From NCBI RefSeq assembly GCF_036365525.1, contig NC_090386.1, positions 83,596,999-83,660,998 on the forward strand: 64,000 nucleotides of DNA. The letters are read 5' to 3'. Below are positions 1 to 11,486 of this stretch, in pieces. This DNA is from Heterodontus francisci. Lineage: Eukaryota. Positions within the stretch are counted from its first letter, which is position 1; each line of letters starts with the position of its first letter. A program made the translations under genes and the position numbers. The notes below the pieces were generated by a model. It did no database searches. It was not told the DNA's origin and saw only the letters and a program-made list of their open reading frames with translations.

Positions 1-1830
1 TCATTAGCATGTTGATTGGCTATATCTGTTTAACAAATTAAAGTACTGAACATTTGCAAAGCATCTTTGCGCTTTGGACCCAAGGATGTCAGCTCACTAG
101 GGGCTAGCATACTGCATGAATCAGAAATCCTTTGCTGTAGTATTTTGACGATATCAAATAACACTTGTTACTCAACAACTACTCAATATAAAAGATAAGA
201 ACATCTGGACAGTGATCTTTATAATTCAGAGTAGAGATGAGCTCCAATCTAAGTCATGTCCTAATGACATTAACAGATGAAAAGGTTCTTTTGAATCAAG
301 AGTCCAGAAATGTCTATTATACCATGCTTCAACTATTGACCAGTTTCGTTTCTTGTGGAAATTAATGACACATTATTGAAATATCACAGATGCTCTGCAA
401 TAATGATCATATTCAGTCTCTTGGTGCCTCCATAAGAACTGTGTTTACATTGTAAAATTGATGATTTTTAGGAATTCCAATGGTATGATGTTGGTTCATT
501 TAAAGTATCTTTATAAGTATCTTATAATTCAGGTTTTCTTTGTCAAGGAAGAACTTGGAATCATCAAGAGTGGACAGCAGCAAGCTGCTTATACTTAGAG
601 CGTGAAGGATTGTTTAGCATCTGTGTTTATCTGGAGCTGTGATTCTTTTTATCTTGATGGAGAGTTTTCAAAACATTAATATCTTGGAAAAATAACTTTT
701 GGAGTGTGAACAAGAAGCACTCAAGGAATTTAACCAGTTTTGCTTGCCCCCTTCTCCCCCTGCTCCCCAAAACTTCCATCCATATTGTAAATGTCTCCAG
801 CCCACAGTCATCTGCGTAGATACTGTTGATAACCAATCATTGTTTGATCCATGCAGCAGCTGCTTCCTTCCCAGGCTAATTCCCTTCCCTTCCCCATCCC
901 CTGATGGTTTGGCTGAAACTTGTCCTCTTAGGGACCTCGCTTGTTATGTCAATATAGAGACTGGGATTGGGGACGGTTGAATAGTTTAACCACAAGTTTG
1001 TAACTGTGCCATTGTTGCTCTTTACATGGCAACTTCACTTGCTTAATGTTGAACTACACACACTATACTGCAATGGACAACATGATGCAGACATGTTCCC
1101 CTGGTGAAGTAAGGCACAGTAAGAAAATGCTTTTCATCTTTGTTCCTTCAGTAGAGTTACAGTGATTTTACACGTTCTTTGGCCTGGAATAATGCAGCAG
1201 TTCTGGAGTCACGTCCCATTTGTGTAAAGAAGGATGCCACAGAACTGTTTCTTTACACTACATCTCTTTCGTCAACACTGCCTCTACATGTGTTCCCTCA
1301 GCACTTAAAACACTTTCCCCTTCAGGCTTCCGGGACATCATTGTTCCCAGCGTGATACAATGCTGCTGCTGTCTGCAAGGATTAATAATAAAGTACCCTG
1401 AATGGGGGTTTCCTTGGAAGCCAGGGGTCTGAGGAATTCCTCTGGCAACAATGTAGGTCACCCCCTTCCTCTTCCCCTAGACTAAGTGACATCACTAAGT
1501 CACCTCATTGGTAATCTGAGTGTCAGAAGCCTGGCTCTGTTGTTAAATTCTCACAGTAATTTGACGGAAACTCCTGCAGTTGATTTTGACTCTCTTGGCC
1601 TACTGGTTACAGTTGGGTTCTCATATTGCAGTTACTGAGCACCTTTTTGTAAGATTTTCATTGCAGTAAGCAATGGCTTTTGAACACTTTATTTCCTCTG
1701 TCAACTGGATTAATTTACTGTTTTTTGACACTTGCATTTCTGCAACCGAACAAGATTGGAGTGCAAGGTCGTCAAGACAATTTACAAACTCAGGGGTCTT
1801 TTCCTGTCTTTTTTCATAAGAGTGACTTTT
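1..1830 (-). mobile_element. Heavily decayed Gypsy-like LTR retrotransposon internal region (gag to start of RT)
   Basis: Manual minus-strand translation across frameshifts gives, in the expected order: gag-like QEKTPEFVNCLDDLAL (~1750-1800), zinc-knuckle-like CP..GKCFKC..THVEAV (~1275-1340), and RT N-terminal-like ISDSCS-YASP..GPKRKDALQM..FNLLN (~30-135). Many stops. Confidence 0.5.
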
Positions 1831-1859
1831 TAATGCTGCAAGAACCAGTGTTTACCTAA

Positions 1860-2050
1860 GGATATTGGAAATTGTGAAGGCAGGGCCAGGAGACATGGGT
1901 TTGGTAAATATCTGATGTCAGGAAGCATTTCTTCACACAAAGTGGAGGCAAAAACCATTAAATCATTCAAAAGGCAGATAGAGACTTTAACAGGGGAGTC
2001 ATTACTCTTATAGAAGGACAAATTGGATAGGCAGAAGGGCCTCCACATCT
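1860..2050 (+). mobile_element. Old CR1 LINE 3'-end remnant
   Basis: RKHFFTQ..EAKTIKSFKRQI-like coding remnant, followed by a GGCAGAAGGGCCT-type CR1 tail. Confidence 0.5.
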
Positions 2051-2069
2051 GGATGTCCCCTTGTGGCAG

Positions 2070-5000
2070 TTCTTTTGGGCCTCCTTATCTCGAGAGACAA
2101 TGGATACGCGCCTGGAGGTGGTCAGTGGTTTGTGAAGCAGCGCCTGGAGTGGCTATAAAGGCCAATTCTGGAGTAACAGGCTCTTCCACAGGTGCTGCAG
2201 AGAAATTTGTTTGTTGGGGCTGTTGCACAGTTGGCTCTCCCCTTGCGCCTCTGTCTTTTTTCCTGCCAACTACTAAGTCTCTTCGACTCGCCACAATTTA
2301 GCCCTGTCTTTATGGCTGCCCGCCAGCTCTGGCGAATGCTGGCAACTGACTCCCACGACTTGTGATCAATGTCACACGATTTCATGTCGCGTTTGCAGAC
2401 GTCTTTATAACGGAGACATGGACGGCCGGTGGGTCTGATACCAGTGGCGAGCTCGCTGTACAATGTGTCTTTGGGGATCCTGCCATCTTCCATGCGGCTC
2501 ACATGGCCAAGCCATCTCAAGCGCCGCTGACTCAGTAGTGTGTATAAGCTGGGGATGTTGGCCGCTTCAAGGACTTCTGTGTTGGAGATATAGTCCTGCC
2601 ACCTGATGCCAAGTATTCTCCGAAGGCAGCGAAGATGGAATGAATTGAGACGTCGCTCTTGGCTGGCATACGTTGTCCAGGCCTCGCTGCCGTAGAGCAA
2701 GGTGCTGAGGACACAGGCCTGATACACTCGGACTTTTGTGTTCCGTGTCAGTGCGCCATTTTCCCACACTCTCTTGGCCAGTCTGAACATAGCAGTGGAA
2801 GCCTTTCCCATGCGCTTGTTGATTTCTGCATCTAGAGACAGGTTACTGGTGATAGTTGAGCCTAGGTAGGTGAACTCTTGAACCACTTCCAGAGCGTGGT
2901 CGCCAATATTGATGGATGGAGCATTTCTGACATCCTGCCCCATGATGTTCGTTTTCTTGAGGCTGATGGTTAGGCCAAATTCATTGCAGGCAGACGCAAA
3001 CCTGTCGATGAGACTCTGCAGGCATTCTTCAGTGTGAGATGTTAAAGCAGCATTGTCAGCAAAGAGGAGTTCTCTGATGAGGACTTTCCGTACTTTGGAC
3101 TTCGCTCTTAGACGGGCAAGGTTGAACAACCTGCCCCCTGATCTTGTGTGGAGGAAAATTCCTTCTTCAGAGGATTTGAACGCATGTGAAAGCAGCAGGG
3201 AGAAGAAAATCCCAAAAAGTGTGGGTGCGAGAACACAGCCCTGTTTCACACCACTCAGGATAGGAAAGGGCTCTGATGAGGAGCCACCATGTTGAATTGT
3301 GCCTTTCATATTGTCATGGAATGAGGTGATGATACTTAGTAGCTTTGGTGGACATCCGATCTTTTCTAGTAGTCTGAAGAGACCACGTCTGCTGACGAGG
3401 TCAAAGGCTTTGGTGAGATCAATGAAAGCAATGTAGAGGGGCATCTGTTGTTCACGGCATTTCTCCTGTATCTGACGAAGGGAGAACAGCATGTCAATAG
3501 TCGATCTCTCTGCACGAAAGCCACACTGTGCCTCAGGGTAGACGCGCTCGGCCAGCTTCTGGAGCCTGTTCAGAGCGACTCGAGCAAAGACTTTCCCCAC
3601 TATGCTGAGCAGGGAGATTCCACGGTAGTTGTTACAGTCACCGCGGTCACCTTTGTTTTTATAGAGGGTGATGATGTTGGCATCGCGCATGTCCTGGGGT
3701 ACTGCTCCCTCGTCCCAGCACAGGCATAGCAGTTCATGTAGTGCTGAGAGTATAGCAGGCTTGGCACTCTTGATTATTTCAGGGGTAATGCTGTCCTTCC
3801 CAGGGGCTTTTCCGCTGGCTAGGGAATCAATGGCATCACTGAGTTCCGATTTGGTTGGCTGTATGTCCAGCTCATCCATGACTGGTAGAGGCTGGGCTGC
3901 ATTGAGGGCAGTCTCAGTGACAGCATTCTCCCTGGAGTACAGTTCTAGGTAGTGCTCAACCCAGCGGTCCATCTGTTTGCGTTGGTCAGTGATTATGTCC
4001 CCCGATTTAGATTTGAGGGGGGTGATCTTCTTGATGGTTGGCCCAAGAGCTCTCTTCATGCCATCATACATTCCTCTGATGTTTCCGGTGTCTGAGGCCA
4101 GCTGAATATGACTGCATAGGTGTTGCCAGTAGTCGTTTGCGCAACGCCTAGCTGTTCTTTGTGCAGTACTTCTGGCTGCTTTAAGTGCTGCGGATGTTAA
4201 ATCGCTGGGGGCTTTCTTGTAGTTCAAAAGTGCAATGCGCTTAGCGGCTATGACAGGTTCCAGCTCTTCATTATGAGATTGAAACCAGTCTGCATTTCTC
4301 TTCGCACTTTTGCCGTAGGTGGTCAAAGCTGACTCATAGATGGCGTCTCTGATGTGGGCCCACTTGGTCTCAGCATCCCCTGTGGGAGTGTTTTGAAGGG
4401 CTGTTACAAGTGAATTTAGAAATTTTTGTAACAGCTGTGGGTGAGAAATTCTGCTCGTGTTGATGCGCGGGTGGCCCTTCTGCTTGGAATGATGCAACTT
4501 CTTTGGTCTGAGTCTAACCTTGCTGCATACCAGGGAGTGGTCGGTGTCGCAGTCCGCACTGTGGAAGCTGCGTGTGATTTGAACACTGTTTAAGGCGGCT
4601 CGCCTTGTGACAATGAGGTCTAGCTGGTGCCAACGACGTGATCTTGGGTGCCTCCATGAAACCTGGTGACAGGGTTTAGTGTGAAAGAACGAGTTGGTGA
4701 TGCAGAGGTTATGATAGGTGCACAACTCAAGCAGTCTCTGCCCGTTCTCATTCATCCTTCCAACGCCATAGCGCCCAAGGCAGGAGGGCCATGAGTCATG
4801 GTCGGCCCCAACCCTGGCATTAAAGTCCCCCAGCAGGAATAGGTGTTCGGTGTTGGGGATGCTGCTAATGATGTTATGGAGTTGTTCATAGAACTGGTCT
4901 TTAGCTTCAGGTGCGGAACAGAGTGTTGGAGCATAGATGCTGAGTAGGTGTACTGGACCAGAGGTGGTGAGCAGTCGGATGGACAGTATGCGTTCCGAGC

Positions 5001-5652
5001 CATTTGAGGGAGGCTCTATCATGCTGAGCAAGGAGTTTCTGATGGCGAAGCCCACTCCATGCTGTCTTGGTTCTTCAGGATCCCTGCCCTGCCAGAAGAA
5101 GGTGTAGTCTTGCTCTGCTAGAGAGCCACTCGCGGGGAGGCGAGTCTCCTGAAGTGCTGCAATGTCCACATTGAGTCTACTGAGCTCGTTGTTAATGATG
5201 GCGGTCTTCCGAGAATCGTTGATTTGTGTAAGGTCTTCCGACAGGCCAGGACACATAGTTCTGACGTTCCAGCTTGCAAAGCGAAGGGCTGGTACCTTCT
5301 TTCCTTTTTTCATGTTGTTTGGTGCGGTGTATCAGTCCACCTTTCGGGCAATGACCCTGAGCTCCAAGCACCCATTGAAGCAGGCAGACTGTGGCGGGAC
5401 AGAACCTTATTGACCGGGGGCTGCCCGGTTTGAGGCGGGCGGTAGCTGTCCAGTGAGGTGCAATGACCTCTCCCACCGACAAAGGCAACCCGTGGCGCCC
5501 AGTTTTACGCCAATTTATCTGGACTTATAACCCGTAACTGCTGCCTTCCGTGTTGTTTCAGTCGCTGTGAGGCAACTATGGAGTGACCTCTCCATGGCGC
5601 ATGCCTGGGCAAATTTATGGAGGTTGAGAGTTGCCCAGTCGTCAAAACCCCC
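2070..5652 (-). mobile_element. RTE-clade LINE copy 1, truncated in the 5' UTR
   Basis: Single APE-RT ORF, short 3' UTR ending GAGGCCCAAAAGAA, high identity to the copies at 12671 and 46736. Confidence 0.97.
2122..5313 (-). CDS. RTE ORF, 1063 aa: AP endonuclease, reverse transcriptase and C-terminal C2H2-like finger; RT motif is FADN
   Basis: SWNVRT, ALQETR, LGDFNA and TDH endonuclease motifs; KAPGKD, YRGISLL, QCGFR, FIDLTKAFD, GVKQG, FADN and YLGS RT motifs; C-terminal CSTCGRAC..GLYSH. Confidence 0.95.
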   Translation of the reverse strand: MKKGKKVPALRFASWNVRTMCPGLSEDLTQINDSRKTAIINNELSRLNVDIAALQETRLPASGSLAEQDYTFFWQGRDPEEPRQHGVGFAIRNSLLSMIEPPSNGSERILSIRLLTTSGPVHLLSIYAPTLCSAPEAKDQFYEQLHNIISSIPNTEHLFLLGDFNARVGADHDSWPSCLGRYGVGRMNENGQRLLELCTYHNLCITNSFFHTKPCHQVSWRHPRSRRWHQLDLIVTRRAALNSVQITRSFHSADCDTDHSLVCSKVRLRPKKLHHSKQKGHPRINTSRISHPQLLQKFLNSLVTALQNTPTGDAETKWAHIRDAIYESALTTYGKSAKRNADWFQSHNEELEPVIAAKRIALLNYKKAPSDLTSAALKAARSTAQRTARRCANDYWQHLCSHIQLASDTGNIRGMYDGMKRALGPTIKKITPLKSKSGDIITDQRKQMDRWVEHYLELYSRENAVTETALNAAQPLPVMDELDIQPTKSELSDAIDSLASGKAPGKDSITPEIIKSAKPAILSALHELLCLCWDEGAVPQDMRDANIITLYKNKGDRGDCNNYRGISLLSIVGKVFARVALNRLQKLAERVYPEAQCGFRAERSTIDMLFSLRQIQEKCREQQMPLYIAFIDLTKAFDLVSRRGLFRLLEKIGCPPKLLSIITSFHDNMKGTIQHGGSSSEPFPILSGVKQGCVLAPTLFGIFFSLLLSHAFKSSEEGIFLHTRSGGRLFNLARLRAKSKVRKVLIRELLFADNAALTSHTEECLQSLIDRFASACNEFGLTISLKKTNIMGQDVRNAPSINIGDHALEVVQEFTYLGSTITSNLSLDAEINKRMGKASTAMFRLAKRVWENGALTRNTKVRVYQACVLSTLLYGSEAWTTYASQERRLNSFHLRCLRRILGIRWQDYISNTEVLEAANIPSLYTLLSQRRLRWLGHVSRMEDGRIPKDTLYSELATGIRPTGRPCLRYKDVCKRDMKSCDIDHKSWESVASIRQSWRAAIKTGLNCGESKRLSSWQEKRQRRKGRANCATAPTNKFLCSTCGRACYSRIGLYSHSRRCFTNH

Positions 5653-6034
5653 AGTATTGAATTATAAATGGAGGAGTGGGCTTCCTTGAATGCACATATG
5701 GGGCTGGATTTAATATTTGTGTTGTGGCTTCCGGTGGCATACCTGGAAGTGGGCGCCATTGCCGCTTGGACCGTGTGTGGCCAGTCCACCACAATCACGC
5801 GGCAGTCAGCCAATTATAATAATGGAGGAGTGGGGCCCCGCCAATCATGCGATGGGGGTGGGATTCAAGGTGCCGAATGCGGTGTCGAATGACTCTGGAG
5901 CAGGTGCTGGCACCATTTTTAAGCCCTGCCAGCCCTGCTTTCATTGCTGCCTGAGAGTGAACTGTCGTTTGCTGCAGAGACTGATGCTGCCATGGCTGCA
6001 GGACCCCTCACCCCTCTGTTAAGGAAACTGCAGG

Positions 6035-6273
6035 ATGGCTCAGGCAAGATACTGGATGGCGCTATGGTTTAGCGATGCCTGTCTGGAGATTCTCCTCCAG
6101 GGTGCAAGGGAAAGGTGGGAGGACCTCTTCCCCAGGGATGGCAAGCTGAGGTCCTCCCACCTGACCAAGCAAGACTAGATGGAGATTGCAGAGGAGGTCA
6201 GCAGTCGTTGGGTCACCCCAGAACATGGGTTAAGTGCAGGAAGAGAGTCAATGACCTTGTTCGGTCTGCCAAG
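6035..6273 (+). pseudogene. Myb/SANT-like (MSANTD/NAIF1-type) DNA-binding exon of a Harbinger accessory gene, disrupted
   Basis: MAQ..FSDACLEILL..LFPRDG..TKQD*MEIAEEVSSR..RTWVKCRKRVNDLVRSAK followed by a GTGAGT donor; one stop and one frameshift. Confidence 0.8.
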
Positions 6274-8174
6274 GTGAGTGCTCCATGCCGCACTCCTTTA
6301 TGGGGATTTCATGTGACTCTGCGGGACGGTGCACAACATGGGGAGGGAGGCACAACAAAGGCGCTTGCAAAGGGGGTTAGGCATGCACATCCTGCCAGAT
6401 GCATGGCGCAGTCCACTTTCTTTCACAGCTCACCCCCATGACTTCCTCCTGACAGCTGGAGTGGTAAGGAGCCGTATAGGAAACCCCAGCAGGGGATGAG
6501 GGGCTGCCATTCGCACACCTGTCCTGAAGCTCTTCCTGTGAAGTATGACAATCTCCCTGTTTCCACTGGCAGGACAGGAGACCTCACAGACTGGTGGAGG
6601 AATTGCTGACACAAGGCATCTTTCAACAGCTGCGAATGAAGCACTGGAGATGACCAGGACCCAAGGTAGTTGCTCAATCGCGGATGGTGCAAGACAGTGA
6701 GGTTTGTCTTCCATTGACATTCAGCCCATTTCTGGAAATTCTCAGAATGCAAGGATATCATATGGTCTGCAATGCCCAATCCACACATATTTATGTTCTC
6801 TCATGCAGGTCGACATCTGCAGGAGACTCAATCCAAAGGGTGCATCAGTCAAACTCTGAGAATGAGCACTCAGAGGATGCACTGTCCCATGACTCTCCTG
6901 CACCTTCCACCAGCGCAGATACACTTCACCTCGGTGGGCTTGCACTTGACTTTAGAATCAGGATAACCAGCTGGTAGGAGCAACACACATGCACCCAAGC
7001 TGCTGGCTGAGGCTGAGGCAGCCCAGGCCCCTGACAATTGGAGGGCTGTGGGTGGCCAGGCCCATGCTGAGCCCCAGGCTGATGATGAGACTCTGGTGCT
7101 GACATCTCAGGGCAGGTTGGAGTTGCACAGAGAGGTAAGGCAACATCAGGTGGAGATGCCATAGGCCATGCATAGCCATGCACAGATGATGGAGGAGTCC
7201 ATCCATGCCATGATTGCTGCCATGTCTCAGGCATGTGAATGCATGGCTTCCTCCATCGAGAGATTGGTGACCCTCATGGAGAGCCAGATCCCACAGATGC
7301 GCGCAGACCTGCACACCATCACCTTGGCCAATGAGCTCAATGCAGCAGTGGCAAGTTGAGGGAAGGATGAGGCACATGGAGTCTTCTCCAGGTCCTCGTC
7401 CTTCTATGGTGAGCAGGGAGGTTCAAATGAGCCTCGAAAGGGAGGAGAAGAGGCTGACTTCCACATCTGGGGGCTCCTCTCAGGGCGCTCTGAGTGTAGA
7501 TATTGGCTCCTCAGCCCCTCCACAAGTGAGCCTAGCTCCAGTAACTAGGCACTAGGCACGGAACCCTAACAGATAAGTGACAGACTGAATGCTTTTACGT
7601 AAGTTTATTGCTTTCAATCTGAGAGATAAGCATGATTGCTGGAAGTAGGTAAATATGAGACGGTCTCTTGCCGGAGGTGCTGTATCACGACACAGGGGTC
7701 CACTAAGACAGGGTGTATGAAACCCATGCCAGGTGATCAGTAGGTCTCCAAAATGCTGTCCTTGCAGAGACAAAGTTGCCCTGGAATCTTTGCCTTTGCT
7801 ACTCCTCTTGACTTATGTGCTGCTGGTCCTCAGTGCCCACCCTTATTGACAGCCAAACTTCTCACCTGATAATATGGCTACCCAACCCTTTCGCCCAGCT
7901 GTATGGACATCAGTGCCTACCACCCGAGGCTATGCCCACCTGTACCTACCATCCAAGACCCAAGCCCACCCATGCAGAGTGTACAGCACTGCAGGCCAAC
8001 AATGATCTCCTTCCCCTATCCCCCCCCCACCCTATCCAATACTGTTCATGTTTGCCTTTTCCTTGCTGCACTGAGATTTCAACAGCTGGGGTTCCAAAGG
8101 CATGTGAGGGCCGCCTGTCGTCAACTTAATTCCAAAACCCCCATTGAATCATGATCAATTGCATTCAAATGTAT

Positions 8175-8503
8175 TTTTTTTATTTTATTTTTATTTAGAG
8201 ATACAGCACTGAAACAGGCCCTTCGGCCCACCGAGTCTGTGCCGACCAACAACCACCCATTTATTCTAACCCTACAGTAATCCCATATTCCCTATCACCT
8301 CCCTACACTAGGGGCAATTTACAACAGCCAATTTACCTATTACCTGCAAGTCTTTGGATGTGGGAGGAAACCGGAGCACCCGGTGAAAACCCACACAGAC
8401 GCAGGGAGAACTTGCAAACTTCGCACAGGCAGTAGCCAGAATCGAACCCGGGTCCCTGGAGCTGTGAGGCTGCAGTGCTAACCACTGCACCACTGTGCCA
8501 CCC
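8175..8503 (-). mobile_element. HE1-type tRNA-derived V-SINE nested in the Harbinger element
   Basis: A box TGGTGCAGTGG, B box GGTTCGATTC, V-domain GGGTGCTCCGGTTTCCTCCCAC, CR1-like tail; TGTATTT on both flanks. Confidence 0.9.
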
Positions 8504-9559
8504 ATTGTATTTAAACTAACTGTTCAGCAATTCAAATTGCACTCCGATTGCATCGGGGCAGCGAGGCAGCCTTGGCGCTTTACCGCCGCTGGCTACATCT
8601 GGAACCAACGTCACGACGTTGGATTTCCAGGCGGAAGTGTCCATCACTATTCTCCCGTCCCTCACACCTCGATTCTCACTCTATACAGTCTCACAAAATT
8701 CCGTCCATGGTTCTCTACTAACCAATATCCAAATATCAGTGAAATTTTTAATGTTAATCAAGAACTAAAGGCTCTTAAAAATACCTGATCTGAAAAAGAT
8801 TAGGTTTGCGATGTGGATTGCCAGCAAACCTTTTAATACTTGCTTGCCAGTTACAGTTATACTGGCATTGGTGTGAAACTGAAGTGATGCCAGTCCACCT
8901 TCTGGGAATAAGCATATTCTCAACAGTCAAATCCGATTGGACCAGTTTGCCTGCAGTTGCACTGCACATTTTGCATATCTGTGAAAATAAAGCCTCTCTG
9001 CAGAGACACAAATTGTACAGTTTAACTACACTATTAGCCTGTGTGAGTAATGATAGAACTTTCATTTATATAACACAGTTCACAACCTCAGGTCATCCCA
9101 AAAGGCTTTACAGCCAATGAGGTATGTTTGAAGTGTAGTCACTGTTGTAATGTGGTAAAGTACCAATTTGTCAGCTACTCTTTAGGAATGCTGGCAACGT
9201 CTCCACTTTGTCATGCTGCCCACCTAATCTCTATATCTGAGACTGTTCCTAGCTGTCAGCTTCAAACTTTTTTCCCTTCCCTGACTGCTCAACATATGCT
9301 TCAAATATTGCATGCTCTATGACACATATGCTTTCCATTGTTTGCTACTCCTGTCTTCCCTTTCATTGATAATTCTTATACTGCTTCCTCTCACTTTGCT
9401 CTCACAGAGTCAGGGAGTGCTGTGAGGTATAGCTATTAGTCCTGTATTTCTATATTCCTATTTCCTGCACTTTGGTAGTGAAAGTGATTGTCTGCTTTCA
9501 CCAAATTTGAGGATACCACAATAACCTTTTGACAGAGAGTTTCCCACCTTGAGCCTGGT

Positions 9560-9910
9560 ATCAGCTGTGGCTCAGTTGGTAGCGTTCCTACCCTGAGTTA
9601 GAAAGCCATGGGTTCAAATGCCACTCCAGAAACTTGACCATGTAATCTGGGCGGACACTCCCTGCAGTACTGAGGGAGTGCTGCACTGTCAAAGGTGTTG
9701 TCACTAAAATGGACGTATAACGTTCGATGGCACTATTTTGAAGAAGAGTTCTACTCAGTTTCCTGGCCAATATTTATTCCTCAACTAACACCACTAAAAC
9801 AGATTATCTAGTCATTATCACATTGCTATTTGCAGAACCTCTCAGAAGCTGTAAAGCCCTTTAAGGTTACGAAAGACACTATAAAAATGCAAGGCTGTTC
9901 TTCTTTCTTT
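9560..9910 (+). mobile_element. SacSINE1/DeuSINE-like SINE
   Basis: tRNA-like head TGGCTCAGTTGG..GGTTCAAATGCC, CAGTACTGAGGGAGTGCTGCACTGTC core and L2-like tail. A minus-strand tail fragment of the same family lies at ~9053-9155. Confidence 0.8.
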
Positions 9911-10564
9911 CACTGTGTGATGTAGTGTTGATGGATGAAAACAATTGTAGCAAAAATGTGGTGAATGGGGTCTAAATTGTGAGAGTAGTTAAGATTAACC
10001 AAGAAAGGAAAGATTCAGAAGGCGGGGAGCATGGATACTTATATCACATGGCAGGTGTTGCACGTTTTAGAGATACTGTATGTTTCCACAGCCAAATAGG
10101 AAGTGGGCAGAAAATGGGATACACTGAATTGGAGGATGATGTTTAAGCAATGGAGTCCATTTTAGAGAGTATGAGAGAAATATGTGAATATGAGCTGGTA
10201 GAAAAGTGAATCTTGGTGTCCAAAAAGATTTTATAAGTCACCAAGCAAGTGAAAGGGACAAACAACCAAAGCCTTTGAGTCCATGTCATTTTGGAATAGA
10301 GTATTCCTGTAAAGGAATAAGCTAATATGACTGATTCCTTACCACTTGGAAACTAGTGATGGAATTGTCCACTTTCCTGTGCTGTATGAGAGATAGGAAG
10401 ATAGTAAGTGGATGAAAAAGGCCGGAAGAGAATAGCAATATGGTGCACAGGTGTGGATAATTGGGGTTAGGTGATCTTTTCTTGTCAAAACACCTCCTGC
10501 AAGGTTTCACCAAGGCACAGGTGCTCCAATGGGTGCCCTGTTACAGCACCTTCACATTCTCCTA

Positions 10565-10662
10565 CGAGAGCAAAATACTACAGAAGCTGGAAATTTGAAA
10601 TAAAAACAACAATGCTGAAAATACTTAGAAGGTCAGGCAGCAACTATGAAGAGAGAAACAGA
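10565..10662 (-). mobile_element. Penelope-like terminal remnant, interrupted by a MITE (resumes at 11478)
   Basis: Reverse complement matches the Penelope tails at 40640-40760 and 44470-44570; GAGAGAAACAGA|GTTAACG is split by the insertion. Confidence 0.7.
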
Positions 10663-11477
10663 AGGCTGGATTTTACCGGCCCCTGCCCCCCAATGTCGGG
10701 TGTCATGGCCCGGGGGGCCCGGAAAATACCTCCGAGAGAGGCCCACCACAGGCTTCGATGCTGGGAAGGTCCCGCCCCATATTACCGGTGGCAGCGAGGC
10801 CTCGTGGTGGACGGGAACCACACTTAAATATGGAAACAAATGTTAATTAATGAATAAATACTTACCTTGTCGCGACGGCTGTCCCGCTCTGATATTCCGG
10901 CTGGTTACCGGAATTCCCATGCCTTTGGATTTCCGTTTGGAGATACGAAGCGGAACACTGGTGGGGAGGTGGGAGGAGTTACATTTTCAGGGCTGGGGAG
11001 GGTGGCAGGGAATACTCTTACGATTGGTGGAGGGGATGGTAGGAAGGGGTTGAAGGTGAAAGTGAATAAAGTTCGGGGGGAGGGTCGGGATTGAAACGTT
11101 GCTTTTTGGGGGGCGAGAGGGCAACTAATAAAGTTTTTGCTGATGGGGTGGGGGGAGGTTTGGAGAGGGGATTGAAACTGTTAATAAAGCTGTCAATTTA
11201 ATTTTTCATGGCCTGCAACTTTAAAAATGTCAATTGAACTGAAGAGCTGGAAGCCCTTTAACAATGGCGCCGGTGCATGCGCAGTGGCGCTAGATGCCGT
11301 TATCGAGGACAGGGCGCTGGCCCCCTCCACATCATTGGTGATGGGTGTTCTGCCACCTCCATGTAAATGAGCCAATGCACTAAATATTGCGACAGCTCCG
11401 TGGGACAAATCCCATGCGCGTGCCCCGCCATCTGTGAAGCTCGCCGCCGACCTCGGCGAGCTGGAAAAATTCCAGCC
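10663..11477. mobile_element. Harbinger-type MITE
   Basis: TIRs AGGCTGGATTTT / AAAATTCCAGCC, 3-bp TSD AGA, GC-rich interior. Confidence 0.8.
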
Positions 11478-11486
11478 AGAGTTAAC

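Larger units (their letters stand above)
5701..8706 (+). mobile_element. Decayed non-autonomous PIF/Harbinger-like element carrying a Myb/SANT gene
   Basis: Imperfect TIRs GGGCTGGATTT / AAATTCCGTCC (8 of 11 match), ATG on both flanks as a possible 3-bp TSD, and an internal Myb/SANT exon. Confidence 0.7.

Noticed and set aside
627-836. YADD in a 69-aa minus-strand ORF, read as an RT active site
   Set aside because: No flanking RT motifs, and it lies upstream of where the Gypsy RT appears to start (~130); probably chance.
2532-5488. Short alternative-frame and antisense ORFs recurring in all RTE copies
   Set aside because: They are shadows of the RTE ORF; recurrence reflects copy identity, not independent genes.
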